DNA of 64,000 bases from Chloroflexota bacterium. GTDB taxonomy: Bacteria > Chloroflexota > Limnocylindria > Limnocylindrales > CSP1-4. Shown piece after piece: positions 9,875-19,467 of the stretch. The stretch lies in contig VBEC01000014.1 in the NCBI GenBank assembly GCA_005883615.1, positions 48,497 to 112,496 on the forward strand. The letters are read 5' to 3'. Below the pieces are notes generated by a model. It searched no databases and had not been told where the DNA came from. It worked only from the letters and a program-made list of their open reading frames with translations. Numbering within the stretch: position 1 is the first letter of the stretch; every line of letters begins with the position of its first letter. A program made the position numbers and the translations under genes.

Positions 9875-10726
9875 TCAAGGCACCCAGACGCGCAGAGAGC
9901 TGCTCCAATAGGACAGGTTACCGCGGTTGTCGCGCGACCTGACGCGTACGGCGTAGCTGTGGCCGTGCGCTCGCCCGGCGAGGCTGATCGATCGGCCCGT
10001 CGTTCCGCTTCGGATCAGCCGCCAGGTCCCGCTGTCCACGCGGTAGAGGACGTCGAAGTTCCTGAGACCGGCGGTATGGGTCTGAAGCAGTGGGTCCCAG
10101 CCCCTCCACCCGAACCAGATCGTTGTGCCGCTTCGCCCCGAGCCCGTCATTCTGGCGCCGGGCCGCGTATGGTCCAGGGACTCGGTCAGAACGATCGACG
10201 CCCACGTGGTGCGGTTCGACGAGCGATAGGCGACTCCCACCCCCACGTAGTTGAAGGACGTGCTCATCAGGAGCGCCCAGTGCTCCGCGCTGTGCTTCCA
10301 CATTCCGTAGAGGTACCCGGCCGCCGTGGTCGTGTAGGGGTAACTGGTCATGCCGATCGCCTCACCCCAGCGATACCACTGCATTCCCCAGGCGCTCAGG
10401 GTCGTACCGATATTGCCGCCGGCGACCTGGTGGCTGAGCATGTTCGCCGCAGCAAGGTTGGCGGCTCTGGAGCCGGCGAGGTCATTCAGGCGGCCGTCCA
10501 TGCGTAGCGGACGAAGGCCCCGGGCGACCCGGTCCCGGTTGATCCAGCCGAAGAGAGTGTTTTCAAATGAGCTCGGCGCGCTCGCGGACGTCGAGCTTGC
10601 CGTTGCGCCGGATGTAGCCGCCAATGCCGGGGCTGCGAACCCCGCCCCGGCGATGGCCAGAAGGCCGGCCAGCGCCAGAGAGACGAGCAGGGCCAACGGG
10701 GACGTGGTGCGTTGGTAGTGGCTCAT
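9875..10726 (-). CDS. Secreted CAP (SCP/PR1-like) domain protein
   Basis: Start chosen at MSHYQRTT with a signal peptide (LLAIAGAGFAAPALA). CAP domain (WINRDRVARGLRPLRMDGRLNDLAGSRAANLAAANMLSHQ) followed by a beta-rich C-terminal domain. Confidence 0.7.
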   Translation of the reverse strand: MSHYQRTTSPLALLVSLALAGLLAIAGAGFAAPALAATSGATASSTSASAPSSFENTLFGWINRDRVARGLRPLRMDGRLNDLAGSRAANLAAANMLSHQVAGGNIGTTLSAWGMQWYRWGEAIGMTSYPYTTTAAGYLYGMWKHSAEHWALLMSTSFNYVGVGVAYRSSNRTTWASIVLTESLDHTRPGARMTGSGRSGTTIWFGWRGWDPLLQTHTAGLRNFDVLYRVDSGTWRLIRSGTTGRSISLAGRAHGHSYAVRVRSRDNRGNLSYWSSSLRVWVP

Positions 10727-10993
10727 GCGCGGAGGTACCTCCTTGCGGGGACGCGCGCCCACCCCACAGGGGCACGCGTCGGGCATCTGCCCGGAGGGTT
10801 CCGACCGCAGTAACGGAAGCGGCGTCGCCGGCGCCGGAAAGGCGGGCCCGGTCTGGGGGCTGGGGCACCACGGAAAGCCGGAACGACTCCGGAAAGGAGC
10901 GCTGCGCTCCGAGTCGCAGGCCTAGGGTATCGCAGGTCGCGACCCCAAAATGGACCAGACGCGCAGGCACCAGTGCGCGGGCAGGGTCGCGGG

Positions 10994-11983
10994 TCAGCGG
11001 TAGAGGTCGGCAGCAGTCCTCAGCCGCTGGGCGATCTCGGTCCGAAGATCCGCCGGCTCGAGGACCTCCACGTCGGGCCCCCACGACAAGATCCAGAAGC
11101 GGATCTCGATGGTCCCGGCAACCGACGCGCGCCAGATGAGGCTGCCGTCAGGCTGGCGCTCGAGCTCCTGGCTCGGGTGCCAGGTGGCCTCGGCCACGCG
11201 GGACGCGACCGAGGGCGCGAAGTGGAGTACCACCTCCGTCTCGGGTTGGTCCGCAATGATGTCCCAGGCGCGTGCGAAGGCGTCCTCGATGACATCGGGC
11301 GGCGCCTCGAAGATCTGCGGCGTCACGTCGACCGACAAGATGCGTTCGATCTTGAACGTCCGAATCGCCCCGCGGGCCTCGTCGAAACCGATCAGGTACA
11401 GAGCATGCGTCGTGGACGATGGCTCGATGAGATAGGGATGGACGCGGGCCTCCCGTGGCGGCCGCCCGGGATCATAAGCCGCGGGGTCGTAGCTGAGCCG
11501 GACGACCCGGCGATCTGCCCAGGCCTGGGTCAGCAGTCGGACGTGCCCACGGAGGCGCTCGTCGAGAGGCCGGCGGGCCATGACCTCCAGGGTCCTCGCG
11601 ACGTGCTCGGCCAGCACCGGCGGCAGCCCGACCGCAACCTTCTGGAAGGCCCCCGCAAGGTCGGGATCGTATTCGTCCGCGAAGCGGGCCATCAGGCGCG
11701 CCGACAGGAACACTGCCATCGCCTCGGCCAGGGTGAGCTTCAGGGGCGGCAGGAAGCCCTTCTCGGTGACACCCCAGCGTCCCTCGTCGCTCCAGAGCGG
11801 GACCTCCATCTCGCCTTGCAGCGATTGAAGATCCCGGTAGACCGTCCGTCGCGACATCCCGATGGCCGTGGCGATCTCTTCCGGTCGGGCACCCTGCTCG
11901 CCGCGCTCTTCGAGAAATCGGAGCTCGCGGTAATAGCGGCCTGCGCGATCCCGCTTTGCGTTAGCTCGCTCGCGAACGTCCAT
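10994..11983 (-). CDS. WYL-domain transcriptional regulator (HTH-WYL-WCX; PafBC/YafY-like)
   Basis: N-terminal HTH (IATAIGMSRRTVYRDLQSL), central WYL-like domain and C-terminal extension; 329 aa. Confidence 0.8.
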   Translation of the reverse strand: MDVRERANAKRDRAGRYYRELRFLEERGEQGARPEEIATAIGMSRRTVYRDLQSLQGEMEVPLWSDEGRWGVTEKGFLPPLKLTLAEAMAVFLSARLMARFADEYDPDLAGAFQKVAVGLPPVLAEHVARTLEVMARRPLDERLRGHVRLLTQAWADRRVVRLSYDPAAYDPGRPPREARVHPYLIEPSSTTHALYLIGFDEARGAIRTFKIERILSVDVTPQIFEAPPDVIEDAFARAWDIIADQPETEVVLHFAPSVASRVAEATWHPSQELERQPDGSLIWRASVAGTIEIRFWILSWGPDVEVLEPADLRTEIAQRLRTAADLYR

Positions 11984-11996
11984 GCAGGCTTTCCTG

Positions 11997-13181
11997 TCAG
12001 GTCGCCGGCGGCTCGATGACCACGACCTGGTCGCGATCGCTCGCCGTTATCGTGAGGCGGACCGTCCCCTGGATGCCGTTCGTGCCCAGACCTGCCGCCT
12101 CTCCGTTCAGGGCACCGGAGACCTGCCCGATCTCCGAGTCGGCGAAGACCCAGAAGTCGAGCTGACCGCGCCATCGATGCACGTCCGGCACCGGCGCGAA
12201 CCAGGCCAGCTCGGGGACGGCCGCCGCGAATGTTCGACCGTCCACTGCCACCCGGCAGTGGCGAGCCGGGGCACCCTCGACGAATTCCAGGCCGTGCTCC
12301 TCCGCGACGGCACGATTGCCGGCCGAGAGAGCAACTTCCATCAGCCGCCGATCGACCGTGCGATCGTCGAGACTCGCCGCGTCGGCGCGCTCCCAGGGGG
12401 CACCCGGGCGCTTCACCCAGGCCGCGTCGCCAACGCGCGCGGCGCCGAACTGCCCGAAGTTCCGGCTCGTGGCGACTTCCGCCATCCAGCGAAGGTCCCC
12501 TTCCGAGCGGATGCCCGAAAGCTCGACAGAGCCCAGCGATCGGCCATCGACGTCGGCCGACAGGCTGAGCGAGATGCGGGCGGTATGACCCGCGCGCACG
12601 GCGCCGTTGCACGCCGGCGGCTGGCGGTTGGGTCGGGTCGGCCCGAACGGCGAGGCGACGCTCGGCCGATCGCGCAGGGCCACCTCGTTGGCGATCGCGA
12701 CGCTCGTGAAGAACGACCCGCTGAAGGCCGTGAAAAGCACGGCGATCAGGGCGGCACGTCGCAGCCGGACGGCCCGCGGGGACCGTGGCCCGAGCGTTCT
12801 CTCGGCGAGACCCAGACCGGCATAGAGGCTCGTCCCGGCGAGCGCCAGAACCCACGGGTAGGCGCTCTCAGAGGACGGCAGCAGGGTCTGCCGCCCGCCA
12901 GCCAGCAGCTGGCTCAGGATCCCGGCGATGGATGGGATCAGCAGGAGCGTGCTGCCCAGCCCGAGCCAGACCATTCCGGCAAAGGCACGGATCCCCCGGG
13001 CGGTGGGCGGCCAGCGCAGCGCGCAGACGCTGATAACGATCGGAACGAGGCTGGCCAGACCGACCAGCTGGTCGACCGGGCCGCCCGGCTGATACACGAG
13101 CAACACGAGACCGGCGGTGAGCGTCCAAAGCGCCGTCAGCACCGCAGCGATGAGGCGGGATTCGAAGATCCGGACGCGCAT
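11997..13181 (-). CDS. Hypothetical polytopic membrane protein with large extracytoplasmic C-terminal domain
   Basis: Start placed at the internal ATG (MRVRIFESRL) at 13179-13181. About 6 TM helices then a roughly 230 aa soluble domain. The upstream in-frame extension to 13793 is Arg-rich non-coding-like sequence. Confidence 0.5.
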   Translation of the reverse strand: MRVRIFESRLIAAVLTALWTLTAGLVLLVYQPGGPVDQLVGLASLVPIVISVCALRWPPTARGIRAFAGMVWLGLGSTLLLIPSIAGILSQLLAGGRQTLLPSSESAYPWVLALAGTSLYAGLGLAERTLGPRSPRAVRLRRAALIAVLFTAFSGSFFTSVAIANEVALRDRPSVASPFGPTRPNRQPPACNGAVRAGHTARISLSLSADVDGRSLGSVELSGIRSEGDLRWMAEVATSRNFGQFGAARVGDAAWVKRPGAPWERADAASLDDRTVDRRLMEVALSAGNRAVAEEHGLEFVEGAPARHCRVAVDGRTFAAAVPELAWFAPVPDVHRWRGQLDFWVFADSEIGQVSGALNGEAAGLGTNGIQGTVRLTITASDRDQVVVIEPPAT

Positions 13182-13427
13182 CGGATGGAGTCTACGCGGC
13201 TGCCGGTCGCCGCACGACCGTAGCGCGGGCCCCATGCTTCGAACCACGTAGATGTGTACCGGAAGTACCAGGTGGCATAGGACCTGAGGGCTATCGATAG
13301 TCGCGGGGGGGAATCCGACAGTTGGCCCCTCAGCAACCGGATCGAAAGGTTCGGCCGGGTACAAGAAAGCCCTAGAAATCGACGGTCCGCGAGAGCGGTA
13401 CTGGGAGATAGGACAGGAACGTGAGCC

Positions 13428-13796
13428 ATGGCAGGCAAGGTGCGCAGTCGAGGTACACGGGGAACCGCGCGATCGTCTCGGGTCGCTCCGTCCTGGCCGG
13501 TGCTCGCGGGGGCCTCCGAGGACGTGTCTGGCTCCACAACCGGCACCCTGCCCCCGATGCGGGCCTCGTCGACGGAGCCGGCTCTTCGGGCCTTGCCGAC
13601 TCGTCCGACCTACCAGATGCTTCTGATGCGGGGGCTGGCGCCTGAAGAGGCAGCCAACCTGACCGCGTTCCTGTCGGGCATTCATGTCGGGGAGCAGAGC
13701 TGGAAGCTCAAGGAGATCAACCAGCTCCTCTTCCTGAGAAACCTCAATCGCGCAGGTCGCTTCGGGCCTGAAGACGGCAAGTCGCAGGTCCACTGA
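13428..13796 (+). CDS. Hypothetical small protein (Arg/Ser-rich disordered N-terminus, helical C-terminus)
   Basis: ORF preceded by AGGA RBS-like sequence inside a lower-GC intergenic region. C-terminal part YQMLLMRGLAPEEAANLTAFLSGIHVGEQSWKLKEINQLLFL has protein-like composition. Confidence 0.35.
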   Translation: MAGKVRSRGTRGTARSSRVAPSWPVLAGASEDVSGSTTGTLPPMRASSTEPALRALPTRPTYQMLLMRGLAPEEAANLTAFLSGIHVGEQSWKLKEINQLLFLRNLNRAGRFGPEDGKSQVH

Positions 13797-13982
13797 CTCA
13801 GACCCGCGGTCACCAATTGAATATCCAGCCTGCAGCGGCGTATCCCTAGCTACCCGCCACTGCAGTCAACCTACGAAGCGGCGCCGTACCTCCTCCCGGC
13901 GCCGCTTCGCTTTACCCATTCGTGGCACCCGATCCCGGCGGAGTCCCGGCACGAGGACCTAAGCGCCCGTACCATCCATCCC

Positions 13983-14819
13983 ATGAGCCGGCCGATGATC
14001 TCGCTGCTGACGGACTTCGGGCTGCGCGACCCTTCCGCGGCGATCTGCAAGGGCGTCATCCTGGGAATAACCCCGGACGCCCAGGTCATCGACATCAGCC
14101 ACGAGGTCCGGAAGTACGCGATCCGCGACGGTGCCCTCCTGCTGTGGTCGGCGCTGCCATACCTGCCCATCGGGATTCACGTGGCGGTCGTCGATCCTGG
14201 TGTGGGGACCGCACGCCGCGCGATCGCCATGCAGGTCGCGCGCGGGGACACGTTGATCGGCCCCGATAATGGTCTGCTGCTGCCCGGGGCGAACCGGTTG
14301 GGCGGCCCGACAGCCGTCAGGCAGCTCGAGAACGAGCGCTACCGGCTGACCCCCGTCAGTTCCAGCTTCCACGGCCGCGACGTCTTCGCGCCTGCGGCGG
14401 CTCATCTTGCGAAGGGAGCACGTTTCGAGGACCTCGGTCGAGCCGTGCCGCTCGACGAGATCGTTCGGCTGCCGTTTCTGGAAGCCACGGTGAAGCCCGG
14501 GATTCTCGAGTCGGCGGTCGTATACATCGACACCTTCGGCAACGTGAAGCTGGCCGGGACCCGCGTCGAGCTCGAGGAGGCTCTGGGCCCCGTCCGTGCG
14601 GGCGATCCGATCGAGGTCAGCATCGGTGGGCCGCACGGCCGTTCGCGTGCCACCGAGCACACGACGTTCGAGCTCACGTTCGGGACCGTGGCCGTCGGGC
14701 GATCGCTCCTCTACGAGGACTCGTACGGCCGCCTCTGCCTGGCCGACAACCAGGGCGACCTCGCGACACGCCTGGAACTGTCGGAGGACCAGCTGCTGGC
14801 GTTGAGCCGGCCCCGATAG
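13983..14819 (+). CDS. S-adenosyl-L-methionine hydroxide adenosyltransferase family protein (DUF62; SAM hydrolase/halogenase-like)
   Basis: MISLLTDFGLRDP ... VVDPGVGT ... FHGRDVFAPAAAHLA motifs characteristic of the DUF62 fluorinase/chlorinase/SAM hydrolase family. Confidence 0.8.
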   Translation: MSRPMISLLTDFGLRDPSAAICKGVILGITPDAQVIDISHEVRKYAIRDGALLLWSALPYLPIGIHVAVVDPGVGTARRAIAMQVARGDTLIGPDNGLLLPGANRLGGPTAVRQLENERYRLTPVSSSFHGRDVFAPAAAHLAKGARFEDLGRAVPLDEIVRLPFLEATVKPGILESAVVYIDTFGNVKLAGTRVELEEALGPVRAGDPIEVSIGGPHGRSRATEHTTFELTFGTVAVGRSLLYEDSYGRLCLADNQGDLATRLELSEDQLLALSRPR

Positions 14820-14905
14820 GAACGTCTCTGGAGGCGGCTCATCGCCTCGCGCGAAACCTCGGTTACACTCTCGGCCGTTCGTTCGGAGGAGGAGGCAAGC
14901 ACCCC

Positions 14906-15832
14906 ATGCGCAGCAGCACTCGCCCGATTGCCCTGGCCGTGATCGGGATCCTTCTGGCCGGCTGCACCGGCGCGGCGTCGCCAAGCCCGAGCCCGACTCC
15001 CACGCCGAACGCAGCGGCGAGCGCCTCCCCGGGTCCCAGCCCAAGTCCATCGCCTGAGGCCTGCGCCAAGGCGAACCTCCAGACGAAGACCTCCGGAAAG
15101 CTGACCATCGGAGCTGGAAACCCGGCCTACCCGCCGTATTTCCAGCCGGACCCGAAAGCTGCCGGGTGGGATCTCGGCAACCCGAACAATGGCAAGGGTC
15201 TCGAAAGTGCGACTGCCTACGCCGTTGCCCAGAAGCTCGGCTTTGCCCAGGCAGACGTCAGCTGGATCTCGGTGGCGTTCGACAACGCCGTGCAGCCAGG
15301 CGCGAAGAAGTTCGACGTCTACCTTTCCGAGGTGAGCTACAGCGCCGATCGGGCCAAGATCGTCGACCTGTCCGACGGATATTTCGACCTCAATCAGGCG
15401 GTCGTGGCGCTGAAGTCGAACGCGATCGCCCGAGTGACCGATGTTGCCGGGCTGAAGGCCTTCACGCTCGGAACCCAGGCCGGTACGTCGAGCTTCAAGT
15501 ACATCACCGATACGATCCAGCCGACCAAGACACCACGGTCCTACAACTCCCTGGACGCCGCGCTCGCCGCGCTAAAGGCCAGGCAAATCGACGGGATCGT
15601 GGCCGACCTGCCGACGACGTTCTACATGCGCGACGCGCAACTGACCAACGCCGTGATCGTTGGCTCCCTGCCGACGGTCGGCACGGTCGAGCATTACAGC
15701 ATCCTGCTGGCGAAGGGCAGTCCGCTGACGGCCTGCGTCAACGGGGCGCTCGCGGCTCTGAAGAGCGACGGGACACTGGCCGGAATCGTCCAGCAGTGGA
15801 TCACGAGCCAGGGTGCCCCAGCGCTGAAGTAA
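14906..15832 (+). CDS. Polar amino-acid ABC transporter substrate-binding lipoprotein
   Basis: Lipoprotein signal (ILLAGCTG) and a PBP type-II fold. Followed by the permease and ATPase genes. Confidence 0.85.
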   Translation: MRSSTRPIALAVIGILLAGCTGAASPSPSPTPTPNAAASASPGPSPSPSPEACAKANLQTKTSGKLTIGAGNPAYPPYFQPDPKAAGWDLGNPNNGKGLESATAYAVAQKLGFAQADVSWISVAFDNAVQPGAKKFDVYLSEVSYSADRAKIVDLSDGYFDLNQAVVALKSNAIARVTDVAGLKAFTLGTQAGTSSFKYITDTIQPTKTPRSYNSLDAALAALKARQIDGIVADLPTTFYMRDAQLTNAVIVGSLPTVGTVEHYSILLAKGSPLTACVNGALAALKSDGTLAGIVQQWITSQGAPALK

Positions 15833-15866
15833 CGGGCGGTCGCCGGCCGCGAAGGCGCCGCTCCCT

Positions 15867-16706
15867 GTGAGCGTCGATCGAGGGCCGTTCGCCAGGCGCC
15901 GCGGCCGTGAAGGCCCGGCACGAGCTGTTGCGATCGCCGTCCTGAGCTCGATCGTCCTGTTCGGGGCGGTGGGCTATGCGATCGTGCACGCGCCCAACTG
16001 GCCAGCGGTCCAGCAGTCGTTTCTTGATCCCGAGGTCTTCGCGGAATCGCTGCCGGAAATCGTCGCTGCCTTCGGCATCAATGTGCAGCTGTTCCTGATC
16101 GCCGAGGTCCTCATCCTCGTCCTCGGCCTGGTGATCGCGGTCCTCCGCAGCCTGCCGGGGCCGGTGTTCTTCCCGATCCGGGCCATGGCCACTGTCTACA
16201 CGGACCTGTTCCGCGCCGTGCCGGGCATTCTGGTCATCTACCTGCTTGGCTTCGGGATCCCCGGCCTGGACATGCCCGGAGTGCCCAACGATCCCTTCTT
16301 CTGGGCTGTCGTGGCCCTGACGCTGGTCTATTCGGCGTACGTGTCTGAGGTCTACCGAGCCGGCATCGAGTCGGTGCATCCCAGCCAGGAGGCCGCGGCT
16401 CGCTCGCTCGGCCTCAGCCGGTTCCAGGCGCTTCGCTACGTGATCGTGCCCCAAGCTGTGCGACGGGTGGTACCGCCCCTGCTCAACGACTTCATCGGCC
16501 TGCAGAAGGACACCGTCCTCGTGTCGTTCATCGGGGTCGTGGAGATCTTCCGCGTGTCGCAGAACAAGGAGAGTGCCCTCTTCAACTTCACTCCCTACCT
16601 GGCGACGGCCGTTGTCTTCCTCGCCGTGACGATCCCGCTGGCCCGGCTGACGGACTGGCTATCCGCCCGCGATCGTCGCCGCTACCTCGCCGGCGTCGCG
16701 CGTTGA
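15867..16706 (+). CDS. Amino-acid ABC transporter permease (His/Glu/Gln/Arg/opine family)
   Basis: TM helices and a conserved EAA-like loop ([23 protein letters not shown]). Start uncertain; it may lie further downstream. Confidence 0.8.
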   Translation: MSVDRGPFARRRGREGPARAVAIAVLSSIVLFGAVGYAIVHAPNWPAVQQSFLDPEVFAESLPEIVAAFGINVQLFLIAEVLILVLGLVIAVLRSLPGPVFFPIRAMATVYTDLFRAVPGILVIYLLGFGIPGLDMPGVPNDPFFWAVVALTLVYSAYVSEVYRAGIESVHPSQEAAARSLGLSRFQALRYVIVPQAVRRVVPPLLNDFIGLQKDTVLVSFIGVVEIFRVSQNKESALFNFTPYLATAVVFLAVTIPLARLTDWLSARDRRRYLAGVAR

Positions 16707-17461
16707 CCAGCCCAGCGCCCGCCGCGTTGCGCGTCGAGGACCTGCACAAGTCCTTCGGGCCGCTCGAGGTCCTGCGCGGCATCGACCTGACCGTCTCCGA
16801 GCACGAGGTCGTCTGCCTCATCGGCGCATCTGGCTCGGGAAAATCCACGTTGCTCCGCTGCATCAACCTGCTCGAGCCGATCGATGCCGGGCGGGTCTCC
16901 GTGGAAGGCGAGGAGATCACCGCCGAAGGCGTCGACACCAACCGAATCCGTCGTCGCATCGGGATCGTGTTCCAGGCCTTCAACCTGTTTCCCCACATGA
17001 CCGTCCTCGACAACGTCACGCTCGCCCCACGCAAGGTGCTCCGACGCCCGGTCGCGACCGCCGAGGCAGAAGGGGTTGCGCTTCTCGAGCGGTTCGGTCT
17101 TGCAGACAAGCGGAACGAGTATCCCGACCGGCTCTCCGGGGGCCAGCAACAACGGGCGGCGATCGTCCGTGCTCTGGCGATGCAGCCGGACCTGATGCTG
17201 CTCGATGAAGTCACGAGCGCGCTCGACCCCGAGCTGGTCGGCGAGGTCCTCGGTGTGATCCGGAGCCTGGCCTCGGGTGGAATGACGATGCTCATCGCCA
17301 CGCACGAGATGGGTTTCGCCCGAGATATCGCCAGCCGCGTGTGCTTCCTCGACGCGGGCGTGATCCTCGAGGAGGGCCCCCCGGCTCAGATCTTCTCGGC
17401 GCCGCGAGAGGCGCGGACGCAGCAGTTCCTGCAGCGCATCATCGAAGCGGGCCGGCTCTAG
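16703..17461 (+). CDS. Amino-acid ABC transporter ATP-binding protein (GlnQ-like)
   Basis: TTG start overlapping the permease stop. Walker [25 protein letters not shown], Walker [13 protein letters not shown]. Confidence 0.9.
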   Translation: MTSPAPAALRVEDLHKSFGPLEVLRGIDLTVSEHEVVCLIGASGSGKSTLLRCINLLEPIDAGRVSVEGEEITAEGVDTNRIRRRIGIVFQAFNLFPHMTVLDNVTLAPRKVLRRPVATAEAEGVALLERFGLADKRNEYPDRLSGGQQQRAAIVRALAMQPDLMLLDEVTSALDPELVGEVLGVIRSLASGGMTMLIATHEMGFARDIASRVCFLDAGVILEEGPPAQIFSAPREARTQQFLQRIIEAGRL

Positions 17462-18237
17462 CCGGGGACTCGCGCCCCAACGGCGCCGCGGCACGCATCG
17501 ACGAACACGCGGAACAGGCGCTCGAACGCCTCAGGGGTCGAATCGCGGCGCTCCGGATGACACTGGACGGCGAGGACGAGCGGTCCCGCGGTGCTCTCGA
17601 GCGCCTCGACCAGCTGCCCGTCAGGACTGGCCGCGTACCCACTGGCGATCAGGCCGGCTGCCAGGTCCTGGGATCGGACGGCTTGATGGTGGTAGCTGTT
17701 GACCGAGACGACGCCGCCGCGGACGTTGGTCGGTGAGAGGATTCGGGCAAGCCGGGTCCCGGGCACGAGCCGGAGCGGATGAACCGCGGGGCTGCCGCTG
17801 CCATATGGCCCACCGAGGTGCCCACTCACGTGCTGCAGCAGGGTCCCGCCGCTGAAGACGTTGATCGCCTGCAGGCCGCGGCAGATCCCGAGCACGGGCA
17901 GGCCCCGATCGCGCGCCGCTGACCAGGCCTCGGCCTCCATCGCGTCACGGTCGCGCTCCATCGCCTCGGAGCCGCCGGCACCCCCCGCGTACCGTGCGGG
18001 ATCCAGGTCGGCGCCGCCGCTCAGAAGCAGTCCGGCCATCGTCTCGAAGGCGCTTCGCCGCGCGTCCGGCGGCGTGGCGGCGTCGACCAGGAGAGGGTCG
18101 CCGCCGTGACGGCGGATGGCCTCCGCGTACAGCTCATTCTTGCGTGCCGCGAGCGCCGGATCTGCCGCCCGAGCGGCGTCGGCGACGCAAACGACGATGC
18201 TGGGGCCGATCCCGCCTCCTGCGCCTTTGATCACCAC
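17458..18237 (-). CDS. Class I glutamine amidotransferase / gamma-glutamyl hydrolase (peptidase C26) family
   Basis: GICRGLQ catalytic Cys motif, His (HHQ) and downstream Glu typical of C26/PuuD-like GATase. Confidence 0.8.
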   Translation of the reverse strand: MVIKGAGGGIGPSIVVCVADAARAADPALAARKNELYAEAIRRHGGDPLLVDAATPPDARRSAFETMAGLLLSGGADLDPARYAGGAGGSEAMERDRDAMEAEAWSAARDRGLPVLGICRGLQAINVFSGGTLLQHVSGHLGGPYGSGSPAVHPLRLVPGTRLARILSPTNVRGGVVSVNSYHHQAVRSQDLAAGLIASGYAASPDGQLVEALESTAGPLVLAVQCHPERRDSTPEAFERLFRVFVDACRGAVGARVPG

Positions 18238-18271
18238 GACAGGATAAGTGCCCGTGCGCTTCAGCCTGCGA

Positions 18272-19402
18272 TCAGCGCGGGAACCAGGCGTCCAGCGTCA
18301 CCGGCTCGAGTCCCAGCTGCGACACCGCGTCCAGGATGCCGGGCAAGGCGCCGAGGGTGTTGTATCCACCGAGGTGCATGAGCACGATCGAACCGCTCTG
18401 CGATCGCGAGGTCACCTTGGCGACAATGTCGTCGGTTGTCGGCCCGCCCTGCGATGTGGGCTCCCAGTCGATCGTGTCGACGTCCCAAAGGACCGTGTAT
18501 CGCCAGCCCGCGGCGCCGGCCGCGTTCCGGACGGCCAGGTTCTGGGCGCCGAACGGGGGTCGGAACCAGGGCTTCGTGGTCCGTCCCGCCAGGGGCGCGA
18601 TCGTGGCTTCCGCGCGAGTCAGCTGGCTGGTGACCTGGCTGGAAGTCAGCTTCGTAAGGTCGGGATGGTCATATGTGTGGTTGCCGAGGGCGAACAATTC
18701 CGGGTGGGATCGAACGAGTGCGAGCACCTGGCGCCCGATCGCCGTGGTGCCCATCTGCGCGGTGGGAAAGATCGTCGCCTTGACATCGTGTGCGATCAAC
18801 CAGTTCATGATCTGGACCGCCGGATCAAGGCGGCCGCCCATGTCGAACGTCAAGGCGATCTGCCCGGAATTGCGGGGGCCGTGGCTTAGCAGGACGCTCG
18901 CTCCGGTCGCCGTGCCTCCCGATGACGGGCTCGCCGAGGGACTGCGCGAGGCGGCGGGAGTCGGGCTCGGGCGGCTGCTCGGCGGGGCTGTCGGCAGCTC
19001 AGACGCGTCGACGGTCTCGCCCGGAATGAGGACGAGGACCCAGCCCACCTGGATCTGGTCGGGCCGGTAGGCGGGCGCATCGGGGTTGAGGCTCGGATAG
19101 GTGGCCCGATTCCAGTAGGCGATGCTGCGTCCGGTGGTCCCGTAGCGGCGGGCGATCCCTTCGAGCGTGTCGCCGGCTATAACGGCGTAGGCGAAGAAGG
19201 TCGGCGACGGCGCCGGGCTCGGAAGGACGAAACTGGGCATGCCGGGTGTTGCGGATGGACTCGGGCTTGCGGCCCCCACCGGACCGCTGGTGACAGGTGC
19301 GGGGGACGGAACGGAGGCGCAGGCCGCCACCAGGACACTCGCGACGACGAGCGCGATCTGAACGAGCGTTCGGCGTCTGGTACGCCGCGGCGGGGTATGC
19401 AT
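18272..19402 (-). CDS. LysM domain-containing polysaccharide deacetylase (NodB homology domain)
   Basis: Start placed at MHTPPRRT (ATG at 19400-19402) with a signal anchor. LysM (YAVIAGDTLEGIARRYG) then NodB motifs (TFDMG, HTYDHP). The track ORF N-extension to 19696 was rejected. Confidence 0.8.
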   Translation of the reverse strand: MHTPPRRTRRRTLVQIALVVASVLVAACASVPSPAPVTSGPVGAASPSPSATPGMPSFVLPSPAPSPTFFAYAVIAGDTLEGIARRYGTTGRSIAYWNRATYPSLNPDAPAYRPDQIQVGWVLVLIPGETVDASELPTAPPSSRPSPTPAASRSPSASPSSGGTATGASVLLSHGPRNSGQIALTFDMGGRLDPAVQIMNWLIAHDVKATIFPTAQMGTTAIGRQVLALVRSHPELFALGNHTYDHPDLTKLTSSQVTSQLTRAEATIAPLAGRTTKPWFRPPFGAQNLAVRNAAGAAGWRYTVLWDVDTIDWEPTSQGGPTTDDIVAKVTSRSQSGSIVLMHLGGYNTLGALPGILDAVSQLGLEPVTLDAWFPR

Positions 19403-19467
19403 GGCCGGCGCTGGGACGACGCTGCAGGCCGCCAGGTGACGTGGCGGTCCCGCTTCCACTCTGGTCC

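Noticed and set aside
11740-13223. Long overlapping ORFs 11740..12855 (minus) and 11982..13223 (plus)
   Set aside because: Alternative frames and antisense of the WYL/membrane-protein genes, with Arg/Gly/Pro-dominated composition typical of spurious ORFs in 70% GC DNA.
13182-13793. Upstream in-frame extension of the membrane-protein ORF (track ORF 11997..13793)
   Set aside because: Arg/Gly/Pro-rich low-complexity translation. A clean ATG immediately before TM1 at 13181, followed by a lower-GC intergenic region, argues for the shorter gene.
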